This document shows, in pieces, positions 32,447 to 40,677 of a stretch of DNA of 40,677 nt. Source of the DNA: Euryarchaeota archaeon UBA287 (GTDB lineage Archaea; Thermoplasmatota; UBA186; UBA287). The notes under the pieces were generated by a model. The model did no database searches and had not been told where the DNA came from. It worked only from the letters and a program-made list of their open reading frames with translations. The translations under genes and the position numbers were made by a program. The stretch spans positions 1 to 40,677 of the forward strand of contig DAEG01000019.1 of NCBI GenBank assembly GCA_002495235.1, in the 5' to 3' direction. The number at the start of each line of letters is the position of its first letter. Positions within the stretch are counted from its first letter, which is position 1.

Positions 32447-33625
32447 TCATGCGACCTTCTCTGAGAACAGGTCATCATAGCTCTCTCTCCTTCTGATCAT
32501 CCTGTCCCTCCCATGCTCTACCAGGATCTCTGCAGCCCTGGGTCTTGAGTTGTAGTTTGAGCTCATGGAATAACCGTATGCACCAGCATTCTCTATCGCT
32601 AGGATATCTCCCTCCTCGAGTTCAGGCATCTCTCTGTCCAGAGCAAGGAAATCGCCGCTCTCGCACAGTGGTCCGACTATGTCGTACGTCCTTTTGCCCC
32701 TGTCTTCCTGATCGCCAACGAGCCTGATCCTGTGGTAGGAGCCGTACATCGCCGGCCTTATCAGCGTGTTGAAGCCGGCATCCACCTCGGCGAAGCTCTT
32801 GCCTCCGTTGCTCTTTATCGTGTTCACTCTCGTCAGAAGAACAGTGGAATCCGCGACTATGTAACGCCCCGGCTCTATCGCGAGAGGCTCTTTTATGATG
32901 CTGCGCAGGGCTTTCGCCAGAGAAGAGACATCTAGTTCCATCTCATCGTCCCTGTACGGCACTCCAAAGCCGCCACCCACATCCAGAAATTCGAGGGGAA
33001 CATCAAGACGGGAAGCAACACTCTCCAGGATCTCCGCTGCCTTGATGAAGGGCTCATTGCTCATTATGCCTGAGCCTATGTGGCAGTGCAGCGCCCTGAC
33101 ATTGTGTCCACGCTCCACTGCCAGCCTTGCCGCGCTCATCAGCGTATCCTCCTCCATCCCAAATTTCGTGTTCCTGCTGCCTGTTATCGTCTTATCGCTG
33201 TGCCCAGCTCCCACCCCCGGGTTGAGCCTGAAGGACAAATCCAGAGGCTTTTTTGACAGAGCGCACAATCTCTTCAGCTCAGAGCAGGAATCGATGTTTA
33301 TGATCATGCTCCTCTCTGCAAGAAAGGCAAGCTCTTCATCCCTCACTCCCGTACCTGTGAACATCATCCTTTCTTCAGTAAATCCTGCTCTGAAGCATGC
33401 AAACACCTCTCCCATCGAGACCGCATCTGCAAAGCTGCCTTCCTCTCTGAGTATCTTCAGTATGCCTGTGTTCGTGTTGGCCTTGCAGGAGTAATAGATC
33501 CTTGAGCCCTCAAATGCGTCTCTGAGCTTCCTGTGTCTCTCCCTTATCCTCTCACCATCTGTCACGTATAGGGGCGTGTCATACCTCCCCGCCAGATCTG
33601 AAAGCGTGTAGTCGCTCAGCCGCAT
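32447..33625 (-). CDS. lysA: Diaminopimelate decarboxylase
   Basis: It has the motifs YYSCKANTN (PLP lysine), DVGGGFG, CESGD and AGAYGYSMSSNYNSRPR. Confidence 0.85.
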   Translation of the reverse strand: MRLSDYTLSDLAGRYDTPLYVTDGERIRERHRKLRDAFEGSRIYYSCKANTNTGILKILREEGSFADAVSMGEVFACFRAGFTEERMMFTGTGVRDEELAFLAERSMIINIDSCSELKRLCALSKKPLDLSFRLNPGVGAGHSDKTITGSRNTKFGMEEDTLMSAARLAVERGHNVRALHCHIGSGIMSNEPFIKAAEILESVASRLDVPLEFLDVGGGFGVPYRDDEMELDVSSLAKALRSIIKEPLAIEPGRYIVADSTVLLTRVNTIKSNGGKSFAEVDAGFNTLIRPAMYGSYHRIRLVGDQEDRGKRTYDIVGPLCESGDFLALDREMPELEEGDILAIENAGAYGYSMSSNYNSRPRAAEILVEHGRDRMIRRRESYDDLFSEKVA

Positions 33626-33731
33626 ACGCTCTCTGTTGTCATCATTTCATTTCGTGATCTTACAACGGCACACGTCATGGGATACCTGTTGTAGAATGCC
33701 CATCAGAGCGAGGGAGGCTCCCTCAGACATA

Positions 33732-34139
33732 TCAATGCTCCTTCAGTATCAGACTTGTCCTAGTAGCAGAGACATCCTCTATCTCTCTTATCTCGTCTAT
33801 CACCGCGTTAAGTTCGTTGACGCTCTCCTGTTCGATTAGCACCGAGATGTCATAATCCCCGGAAACTTCAAAAACGGATGTCACGCCCCTGACCCGTTTT
33901 ATGCGCGACGCGATCGTGGAGGTGTTGACATTCACACCAACCTTTATCTCCATCAGCGCTTTAGTCGCATTTCTGGCGACAATCACTGTGAACCCCGCGA
34001 TAACCCCCGTCTCTATCATTTTCCTGACCCTCACACGGATGGTGCCCTCTGACACACCCAGATCATTGGCGATCTTGAGAAATGGGGTCCTCGCATTTCC
34101 CTTCAAGATCTCCAGTATCCTCGCATCAAGCTGATCCAT
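33732..34139 (-). CDS. Lrp/AsnC family transcriptional regulator
   Basis: 135 aa with an N-terminal HTH (LDARILEILKGNARTPFLKIANDLGVSEGTIRVRV) and a C-terminal RAM-like domain. Confidence 0.85.
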   Translation of the reverse strand: MDQLDARILEILKGNARTPFLKIANDLGVSEGTIRVRVRKMIETGVIAGFTVIVARNATKALMEIKVGVNVNTSTIASRIKRVRGVTSVFEVSGDYDISVLIEQESVNELNAVIDEIREIEDVSATRTSLILKEH

Positions 34140-34158
34140 AAACTCCAGTATGGTTTTT

Positions 34159-34166
34159 CTATATAC
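34159..34166 (-). promoter_or_regulatory. TATA box for the Lrp/AsnC gene
   Basis: The minus strand reads GTATATAG, centred about 24 nt upstream of the ATG at 34139. Confidence 0.4.
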
Positions 34167-34801
34167 ACTTTTCGAAACACAATGCGATGTTTTCGTATAG
34201 CATGGAACAACAGCAAGATGAAAAAGTCATCCTATCACAGCTTGCTATAACGCAACGGTTAGACTGTCAATCCGCAGACTGCGTATCACACAGCGATGTC
34301 TCCGGTCACGTTTGTCATTGCAGCCGTTGGACTGAGGAACGTTCTCATCATCACGAGCGTAATCTCGATGGAAACTGTACATGACCATCAGGATGTCTCA
34401 CGCGTACTCGTCCATGGACACACCGTGAACGCTATCTCAATCCCCTGGCCATGAATACCGCAGCCATCATGGCATCAAGTGTGAAGTGCAGCACTGATGT
34501 CCAAAGGCAAAGGCAGCTTCAGATACATCGCCGAGACCGCGCAGGTCGGACAAAACATGACCAATGCCCGTATGCGCGTACTCCTTCCTATGTTTAAGAC
34601 ACCATCAAGAACCAGTGATTCATTATCGTGATGAGCGCGCACAGAAGTGCGCCACCAGGACACCTGAGCGAATACGGATAGAGAGCACACGAGGTCTGAT
34701 CTCTTCTTTGACTGTGCCGACCATGACCGGACTTTGCCCATGCGCTCTGATATCCAATAGACCATTTATCGCCTCGATCTACCACACGAGAACAGCAAAA
34801 C

Positions 34802-34809
34802 TTAAAAAA
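34802..34809 (+). promoter_or_regulatory. TATA box for xpb
   Basis: TTAAAAAA is centred about 27 nt upstream of the GTG at 34833. Confidence 0.4.
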
Positions 34810-34832
34810 GCATAAGCTAATTACAAAGATTT

Positions 34833-36425
34833 GTGGATGAAGCAAAGATAATAACTCCTCTACCAGACTCAACGCTCATAGTGGACGTCGATACCAAGAC
34901 GTATCCGGAGGTGAGGAGCTTTCTCATAAAGTTCGCGGTGCTGGAAAAAAGCCCGCCACATCTTCACACATACAGGATAAATCCGCCATCTCTCTGGAGC
35001 GCTGCGGCTTCGGGATTGGACACGAAGAGGATAACAGAGTTCCTCAAAGAGCACAGCAGGATCGATGTGCCTGAGGAGATACTAGATCTCGTAGAGAGAG
35101 AGGTCGGTAAGTATGGACTCATGCGGCTTGTCAAGAGAGATGGAAAGATCTTTGTTGAATCCAGTGACACAGAGCTCCTGAGATCTCTGGAACTGCAGAG
35201 CGTAACCCCCGAGCTGGAGGTGATGGACAGGGGCGCAGTGAAGCTTGAGCTCCTCTGTAGGGGCTATCCTGTGGAGGACCTGTGCGGTTTTGATGAGGGA
35301 GAGAGGTACGATATCTCTCTGAAGGCTATCATAAGGGATTACCAGAGAGACGCGATAAACTCATTCACGGGCGATGGTGTGGTAGTACTGCCGTGCGGTG
35401 CGGGAAAGACCATCGTCGGTATCGGTATAATAGCAAGGCTCAAGACGAGCACGCTGATAATCTGCCCCAATCAGGTGTCTGTGAACCAGTGGACAAATGA
35501 ACTGTTAGACAAGACGGACTGCAGGGCCGAGGATATAGGTGAATACACGGCAGCAAAAAAGGAGATAAAACCCATAACCATAACAACATACCAGATGCTC
35601 ACTTTCAGAAGGGACTGCGAGATGGTACATCTTGAGCTCTTCAACAAACGGAACTGGGGGCTCATAATATACGACGAAGTGCACCTTCTGCCTGCAGAGG
35701 TGTTCAAGCACACCGCCAATCTTCAGGCAAAGAGGAGGCTAGGACTGACAGCAACGTTCGTAAGGGAGGATGGCAGGGAAAAGGAAGTCTTCACGCTCAT
35801 AGGTCCAAAGAGGTACGAAGCGCCGTGGAAGGAGATAGAGGAGAAGGGCTGGATCGCGGGCGTTGAATGCTACGAGATAAGGGTCCCCATGGACAAAGAG
35901 CTTTTCAGGGAATACGTTAAGGCACCAAAGAAGGAGAAATACACCATATCGTCGAAGAATCCCGCAAAATATGAGATAGTCAGGGAGATAGTTGAATCGC
36001 GCAGAGGCCACAAGATCCTCATCATAGGACAGTACATCGAACAGCTTGAGCATGTCTCGAGGATGCTCGAAGCCCCACTGATAACGGGGAGGACTCCTAA
36101 CGAAAAGAGGCTGGAGCTCTACAACGCATTCAGGAGAGGCAAGATAGATCTTCTCGTCGTCTCAAAGGTGGCAAACTTTGCGATAGACCTGCCTGACGCA
36201 AACGTAGCCGTGCAGCTGTCCGGCACCTTCGGTTCAAGGCAGGAGGAAGCGCAGAGACTGGGCAGGATCCTGCGCCCCAAGAACGGGAAAGCGGAGTTCT
36301 TCTCTATAATAACAAAGGGCACAAGGGATCAGGAGATAAATGCAAAGAGACAGCTTTTCCTCACGGAGCAGGGATATGTTTATCACGTGGTAAACGGGGT
36401 GATGGATTGCCAAAAACGAGCATGA
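34833..36425 (+). CDS. xpb: XPB/Rad25-type SF2 DNA helicase
   Basis: It has Walker A LPCGAGKT, DEVH, and the XPB-specific RED motif in TATFVREDG. It starts at a GTG with a TATA box (TTAAAAAA) 27 nt upstream. Confidence 0.9.
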   Translation: MDEAKIITPLPDSTLIVDVDTKTYPEVRSFLIKFAVLEKSPPHLHTYRINPPSLWSAAASGLDTKRITEFLKEHSRIDVPEEILDLVEREVGKYGLMRLVKRDGKIFVESSDTELLRSLELQSVTPELEVMDRGAVKLELLCRGYPVEDLCGFDEGERYDISLKAIIRDYQRDAINSFTGDGVVVLPCGAGKTIVGIGIIARLKTSTLIICPNQVSVNQWTNELLDKTDCRAEDIGEYTAAKKEIKPITITTYQMLTFRRDCEMVHLELFNKRNWGLIIYDEVHLLPAEVFKHTANLQAKRRLGLTATFVREDGREKEVFTLIGPKRYEAPWKEIEEKGWIAGVECYEIRVPMDKELFREYVKAPKKEKYTISSKNPAKYEIVREIVESRRGHKILIIGQYIEQLEHVSRMLEAPLITGRTPNEKRLELYNAFRRGKIDLLVVSKVANFAIDLPDANVAVQLSGTFGSRQEEAQRLGRILRPKNGKAEFFSIITKGTRDQEINAKRQLFLTEQGYVYHVVNGVMDCQKRA

Positions 36426-37861
36426 GGGAGATACTGTCCCACTACGACGCTAACCAGCTGAATCATCTTGTGGGCACCAAATGGGGGATAAGATTCAAGG
36501 GGAAGGGTGATTACGTCCAGTTTTACCTGGAAAAGCTGTCCATGGACTCATACATAAAGGGGGTGCTGAGAAAGCTGAGCGATGATGAACTGGAGCTATT
36601 GAAATTAATGGTGATAAGAGAGGATCCTGTGAGCGAGGATATACTGAAAAAGATAAACAAATGGTCCTTCGTTGGAGCTATGTCCACCCTCATGTCTTAT
36701 TTCCTCGTGTACTCCTACGATGATCAGTACTATGTGCCAGAAGAGCTCATAGAGCCACTGAAGAGAGTTCTCAACATAGAGGAAAAGAGCCCGGCGACCG
36801 TTTCGGAGATAGGCAGGTACATGGTAAAGGGCAATCTGGCCTATGACATGCTCGCCATACTCTGGCTAGGCGCGACAAGCGGGATAGAGCTGACCCAGAG
36901 GGGAGAGATCCAGAAATACTCCGCTGAAAAGCTCATGCAGATCATGAACTCCAGCGATGAGTTCGTGGAAGCAAAGATGAGAACATGCATCAGATACCTG
37001 CTGGACGCTGGCGCGCTGCGAAAGAAGGATGGCAGGATGATCACAAACATGGAAGTGACAGAAAGGATACTAAAAGGGAGTGATATCGAGGTGCTGCAGA
37101 GATTCGCTTCCGAATGCGAGAGCATTGCAGTGCTGGTCCAGGGGTCATACGTGTTCAGGCAGGTAAAGGGTGTGCACGAGCTGTTGCAGATACTGTGCGG
37201 ACTTGAGAGAGGCGTATGGTACGATCTCGATTCAACGATCGATGAGCTCAGAAGGGGCGCTATAAGAAATGGAAAAACAGAACGGTGGATGTCAGGGGAC
37301 ATGAACGACTACATGCTCTTTCTTGGCTGGTTGGGATTCATAACTCTGGCTGAGAGCACAGACGGAAAAAAAGCATTCAGGGTGGATGACAGAGAAGGCG
37401 GCATCGAATGCAGATTCATAATAATCAATCCAGATTTTGAGATCACGACATTCGTTGATAGCGCGGACCTTTTTGATGCTTTCCGTGTTATGTGCTGCGG
37501 AGTTGTAGAGCACATCGATGTTGCAACAAGGGTCAGGTTAGGAAAGGAGCAGGTGATACTTGCTTCTACTTATCTGGACAACCCGGTGTCCTACCTGAAA
37601 AGGCTATCCATGAAACCCGTACCAGACAACGTTGAGATCTATGTGAGAGAGTGGCTGTGCAGCAAAAAAACTGCCACGATAAGGAGAGCAACCATAATCT
37701 CTGTTGAAAAAAGATCCTATCTTGATGAGATCGTGATAAAGTACCCCGAGAACGTGGAGAGGATATCACCAAGGAAAGCAATAATCGATGACTGTATACT
37801 GGAAAAATTGAGGGAGGAGGGCTATGCCCTTTCTCTAGCCGAAGAGAGCACCAAGCCCTGA
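36422..37861 (+). CDS. XPB-associated protein (candidate Bax1-type partner); function not verified
   Basis: About 479 aa. Its ATG overlaps the xpb TGA (ATGA at 36422-36425). The assignment rests on the gene context known for archaeal XPB-Bax1 pairs. I could not recognise nuclease motifs by eye. Confidence 0.45.
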   Translation: MREILSHYDANQLNHLVGTKWGIRFKGKGDYVQFYLEKLSMDSYIKGVLRKLSDDELELLKLMVIREDPVSEDILKKINKWSFVGAMSTLMSYFLVYSYDDQYYVPEELIEPLKRVLNIEEKSPATVSEIGRYMVKGNLAYDMLAILWLGATSGIELTQRGEIQKYSAEKLMQIMNSSDEFVEAKMRTCIRYLLDAGALRKKDGRMITNMEVTERILKGSDIEVLQRFASECESIAVLVQGSYVFRQVKGVHELLQILCGLERGVWYDLDSTIDELRRGAIRNGKTERWMSGDMNDYMLFLGWLGFITLAESTDGKKAFRVDDREGGIECRFIIINPDFEITTFVDSADLFDAFRVMCCGVVEHIDVATRVRLGKEQVILASTYLDNPVSYLKRLSMKPVPDNVEIYVREWLCSKKTATIRRATIISVEKRSYLDEIVIKYPENVERISPRKAIIDDCILEKLREEGYALSLAEESTKP

Positions 37862-38146
37862 AGCTATGTCTTCCTCGCTTGCCTCTTCCTTCTTCTCTTC
37901 TTTCTTCTCTTCCTTCTTTTCTTCCTTCTTACCCTCGGCCTGAGGTGCTGCCGTGGGCATCGCTGGCATAGCAGCAGCGCCTTTTAGCACTTCCTCTATG
38001 TCAACCTTTTGCAGGGACGCGACCAAGGACTTGACCTTGGCATCATCGATCTCCACACCGACCGCCTGCAGCATTTTCTTCACATTTTCCTCGCTTATCT
38101 CTTTGCCTGACGCGTGAAGCGCCAGAGCTCCGTATATATATTCCAT
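37835..38146 (-). CDS. rpl12: Ribosomal stalk protein P1 (aL12)
   Basis: It runs [26 protein letters not shown]... to ...[17 protein letters not shown]. The ATG at 38146 is preferred over the extended track ORF. Confidence 0.9.
   Translation of the reverse strand: MEYIYGALALHASGKEISEENVKKMLQAVGVEIDDAKVKSLVASLQKVDIEEVLKGAAAMPAMPTAAPQAEGKKEEKKEEKKEEKKEEASEEDIASGLGALFG
37839..37909. repeat. Copy A of a 71-bp perfect direct repeat (3' end of the P1 gene)
   Basis: The sequence ccgaagagagcaccaagccctgaagctatgtcttcctcgcttgcctcttccttcttctcttctttcttctc is identical to 38167-38237. Confidence 0.9.
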
Positions 38147-38162
38147 ATCTTTTCGCCTCCTT

Positions 38163-39107
38163 TTAACCGAAGAGAGCACCAAGCCCTGAAGCTATGTCTT
38201 CCTCGCTTGCCTCTTCCTTCTTCTCTTCTTTCTTCTCCTCTTTATCGCCTTTTACCTCTGGCTGCCCTTCCGAGACCAGAGAGCCCAGAGCCGCTGCTCT
38301 CGCCTGCGCCTGACTTATGAGCAAGGCCACGGTTTCATCCTCAACAAATCCGGAGTTCATGGCCACAGCTATGGCATTCCTCTGTGCTCTGCCCATCAGC
38401 ACGGTTATGGTATCAGAGGTCATGTAGCCAGCCGCTATGGCGAGCTCCATGGCATTGTTACGAGCAGAAACTATCTGAGATATCCTTTCATTGAGGTCTA
38501 TCTTCAGGTCCTCTGAGCGGAACACAACACCCGACTCGAAGATCGCGTTGGGATGAAGACTCGCCTCAAAAGGCATGATCTCGAGCCTCTGAAGCGCCAG
38601 AGCCACATCTGCGCTTATCATCTCATTAGCCCTCACTAGAAGCTTGTCATCCTTTATCACTATCTTGCCCTTGTCTATGGCAGCCGGCACGCCAGCCTTC
38701 TGAAGCTCACTTAGCACAGGTCCTGGACGAAGACTTGTATCACCCTCCTTCACCCAGATGTCAGAAGTAGCAACCTGTCCGGCCTTTGCAGGGAGAGGAT
38801 ACCTCTTCTCGGCCAGCATAGAGTAGAGCTCGAATGCGTCCCCATCATAGGCAATAACGGCGCTTTCGTTATGCATGTGATCGGAGAGAGCATTGATGCC
38901 AAGGTCAGAGAGAGCTCTGCTGATCAGGGTGTTCCTTGACACCTTTATCCTTATCTTTTCACCCACGTCCATCCTTATCTTCTGAAAGTCTGTGGATGGA
39001 AGGTTACGAAAGGTCGCGATCCCGACACTGCGTGAGCCCTTCAGCATGTCCTTGAGCTCTTCCACTTCGTCGATCTTCCACTGCGCCACGCGCTTTGCTC
39101 CTACCAT
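38163..39107 (-). CDS. rplP0: Ribosomal stalk protein P0 (uL10)
   Basis: 314 aa with a uL10 N-terminal domain and the same acidic C-terminal tail as P1. Confidence 0.9.
   Translation of the reverse strand: MVGAKRVAQWKIDEVEELKDMLKGSRSVGIATFRNLPSTDFQKIRMDVGEKIRIKVSRNTLISRALSDLGINALSDHMHNESAVIAYDGDAFELYSMLAEKRYPLPAKAGQVATSDIWVKEGDTSLRPGPVLSELQKAGVPAAIDKGKIVIKDDKLLVRANEMISADVALALQRLEIMPFEASLHPNAIFESGVVFRSEDLKIDLNERISQIVSARNNAMELAIAAGYMTSDTITVLMGRAQRNAIAVAMNSGFVEDETVALLISQAQARAAALGSLVSEGQPEVKGDKEEKKEEKKEEASEEDIASGLGALFG
38167..38237. repeat. Copy B of the 71-bp perfect direct repeat (3' end of the P0 gene)
   Basis: Identical to 37839-37909. The copies diverge only at the synonymous third base of the last Gly codon and again upstream of the repeat. 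Confidence 0.9.
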
Positions 39108-39736
39108 CTGTCCACCTTCAAACTGTCGCTCATGGTCAGCGAGATGTAAACATTGTCTATGTTATCCTTTCCCTTCTCGAGTTTTGATTCTATCTTTGAT
39201 AGTGCAGCCGTTATGTTCTCGCACACGCGATCCACGTCCATATCCTCCCTTCCGACAGGTATGCTGATGGTTGGCGTGTTCTTCGTCCTTGCTTTCACGC
39301 TCTTCTTGAGCGAGTTCACAACCGCGCTTGGCTCCGCGTTTGACGGTATGGGCTTTGGCATCTTACCTCTAGGTCCAAGCACAGCACCGAGATCCTTACC
39401 TATGCGTGACATCAGGCTTGTCTCTGCGAGAAAGAAGTCGTAGTTACCGGCGATCTTCTTCGCCTCCCTCTTGTTCTCCTTCAGACGCTGTATGTCTTCG
39501 TCCGTAAGAACAAGCTCGGCCACATTCCTCGCCTTGAAGGCGAGCTCTCCGGTGGCGAACATAGCCACTTTCACTGGCTTTCCCTTGCCGTTCGGCAGAG
39601 TTATCTCCTCATCGATCCTGTTCTTCGGATTCTTTAGATCAACACCCTTGAGATTGATCGTAAGATTCACTGTCTGGATGAAATTCCTCTTTGTCGCATT
39701 CTTCAGCAGGGTTTCGACAGCTTCTTTTAATTCCAT
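39101..39736 (-). CDS. rpl1: Ribosomal protein uL1
   Basis: 211 aa of typical L1 sequence, placed between L11 and P0 in the conserved archaeal order. Confidence 0.9.
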   Translation of the reverse strand: MELKEAVETLLKNATKRNFIQTVNLTINLKGVDLKNPKNRIDEEITLPNGKGKPVKVAMFATGELAFKARNVAELVLTDEDIQRLKENKREAKKIAGNYDFFLAETSLMSRIGKDLGAVLGPRGKMPKPIPSNAEPSAVVNSLKKSVKARTKNTPTISIPVGREDMDVDRVCENITAALSKIESKLEKGKDNIDNVYISLTMSDSLKVDRW

Positions 39737-39744
39737 AATCCACC

Positions 39745-40206
39745 TTAACCGTTATATTCACTTATATTTTTTATCTCTCGGGGATCCTTCCCGTCGATGG
39801 TAACACCAACAGACACCGCTGTGCCCACGATCTCTTTCATGGTGTTTTCAATGCCACTGCTGAGCGTTGAACCATGCTTCATCTCTGCTATCTTCTTCAG
39901 CTGCTCCCCAGTAATGTTCCCCACCTTCTGCCTCAGCGGGTCAGATGACCCCTTTCCTGCCCCCGCTTCTCTTAAGAGAAGCGATGATGCGGGCGGAGTA
40001 CCGACAGATATCTCATACTTCCTAGTGTTGGGATCCGTTACAGTTATGGTCACAGGGACCTTCATTCCCGCAAACTTTGCGGTCTCCTGGTTTATCCTGC
40101 CCACGACCTCGTTTATGTTCAACCCCAGCGGTCCCAGAGCGGGACCGAGTGGTGGACCTCCGCTAGCCTTTCCTCCTTCAACAAGCACTTCTATCTGCTG
40201 CGCCAT
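39745..40206 (-). CDS. rpl11: Ribosomal protein uL11
   Basis: The motif GGKASGGPPLGPALGPLGLN is the uL11 hallmark. Confidence 0.9.
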   Translation of the reverse strand: MAQQIEVLVEGGKASGGPPLGPALGPLGLNINEVVGRINQETAKFAGMKVPVTITVTDPNTRKYEISVGTPPASSLLLREAGAGKGSSDPLRQKVGNITGEQLKKIAEMKHGSTLSSGIENTMKEIVGTAVSVGVTIDGKDPREIKNISEYNG

Positions 40207-40208
40207 TT

Positions 40209-40652
40209 TTATACCTCCTTTTCGATAAGCTTCACATTAGTCACCTTGAGTGTCAGTGGTATCGGAACCATGACATCAAGCAGCTCCACTGTGACCTCTC
40301 CCTTCGCCTCGTTAACGCTGGTAACCCTGGCCTTCTCCCCCTTGAACGGGGCGGTGGTTATCTCGACGATGGAACCTTCAAGGATGTCCTTGGCAGGTGA
40401 CGGTGGTTTTATTGAACTCTCAAGCTCTTTGATTGGCACTGGTGTGGTTATGAGACCGGTGACATACTTCAGGCCCCTTATGGCGGAAGTTATGGCATTC
40501 CTGTCCTTGCCCTCAACGAATATGTACCCCTTTATTCCGACAGGGACTAGCAGGGCGTAGATGTCGCTGTCCGAGCTCTCTTCGGCTCTCCTCCTTATGC
40601 TGTCAGCGACCTCGATCTCTCTTCCCACTCTCGTCTTTACGGATAATATCAT
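40209..40652 (-). CDS. spt5: Transcription elongation factor Spt5 (NusG homolog)
   Basis: 147 aa with an NGN domain and a KOW motif (GSIVEITTAPFKGEKARV). It lies upstream of L11, as in other archaea. Confidence 0.85.
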   Translation of the reverse strand: MILSVKTRVGREIEVADSIRRRAEESSDSDIYALLVPVGIKGYIFVEGKDRNAITSAIRGLKYVTGLITTPVPIKELESSIKPPSPAKDILEGSIVEITTAPFKGEKARVTSVNEAKGEVTVELLDVMVPIPLTLKVTNVKLIEKEV

Positions 40653-40677
40653 AACAAAAGCGTAGTGTGTTTACCGT

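Noticed and set aside
34628-34667. A C/D-box-like arrangement: GTGATGA ... hairpin GCGCAC-agaa-GTGCGC ... CTGA
   Set aside because: There are no internal C'/D' boxes. The would-be guide region is sequestered in the hairpin and the spacing is too short for a canonical archaeal C/D sRNA. It is probably a chance occurrence, though worth an sRNA scan.
37880-37935. A pyrimidine-rich tcttc/ttctt tandem-like tract (also present at 38210-38245)
   Set aside because: It is the antisense of the (E/K)-rich hinge codons (GAA GAG AAG) of P1 and P0. It is a coding low-complexity region, not a microsatellite or regulatory repeat.
1-40677. Search for CRISPR arrays, rRNA genes, IS elements or transposases, integrases, and known defence genes
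   Set aside because: I saw no regularly spaced direct repeats, no rRNA-like segments, no transposase or integrase-like ORFs and no terminal inverted repeats. The only long exact repeat is the 71-bp P0/P1 pair.

Overview
This is an archaeal chromosomal segment, roughly 50% GC by eye. The archaeal hallmarks are RNase P subunit Rpp21, PCNA, primase PriL/PriS, XPB helicase and the Spt5-L11-L1-P0-P1 ribosomal cluster. A/T-rich TATA boxes sit about 24-28 nt upstream of many start codons, which suggests mostly leaderless mRNAs. I support about 41 protein genes, one multiply frameshifted pseudogene (DUF72) and one 71-bp perfect repeat pair. I found no rRNA, tRNA, CRISPR array or recognisable mobile element. 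Housekeeping blocks are a thrC-like/PLP operon, pyrD-pyrK, the PCNA-primase cluster, lysA with an Lrp regulator, XPB with a partner gene, and the ribosomal proteins. These are interleaved with accessory blocks. One is an exported-hydrolase and membrane-protein 'secretome' at 2.9-9.1 kb and 12.9-15.4 kb. A second is EtfAB divergent from a lactate permease. A third is an alpha-glucoside/trehalose block: GH31, a PfkB kinase, OtsA and a stand-alone FIST sensor protein. The most unusual points are the FIST-OtsA-PfkB tandem without a phosphatase and the bifurcating-type EtfAB next to LctP without a dehydrogenase. Others are an exported LmbE-like deacetylase, a COG1533-type radical SAM gene coupled to trmI, a carboxyltransferase lacking its biotinyl domain, and two long ORF-free regions (7433-8049 and 34140-34832). 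No known defence or mobile system is evident. All functional calls come from motif recognition by eye and need homology searches to confirm.
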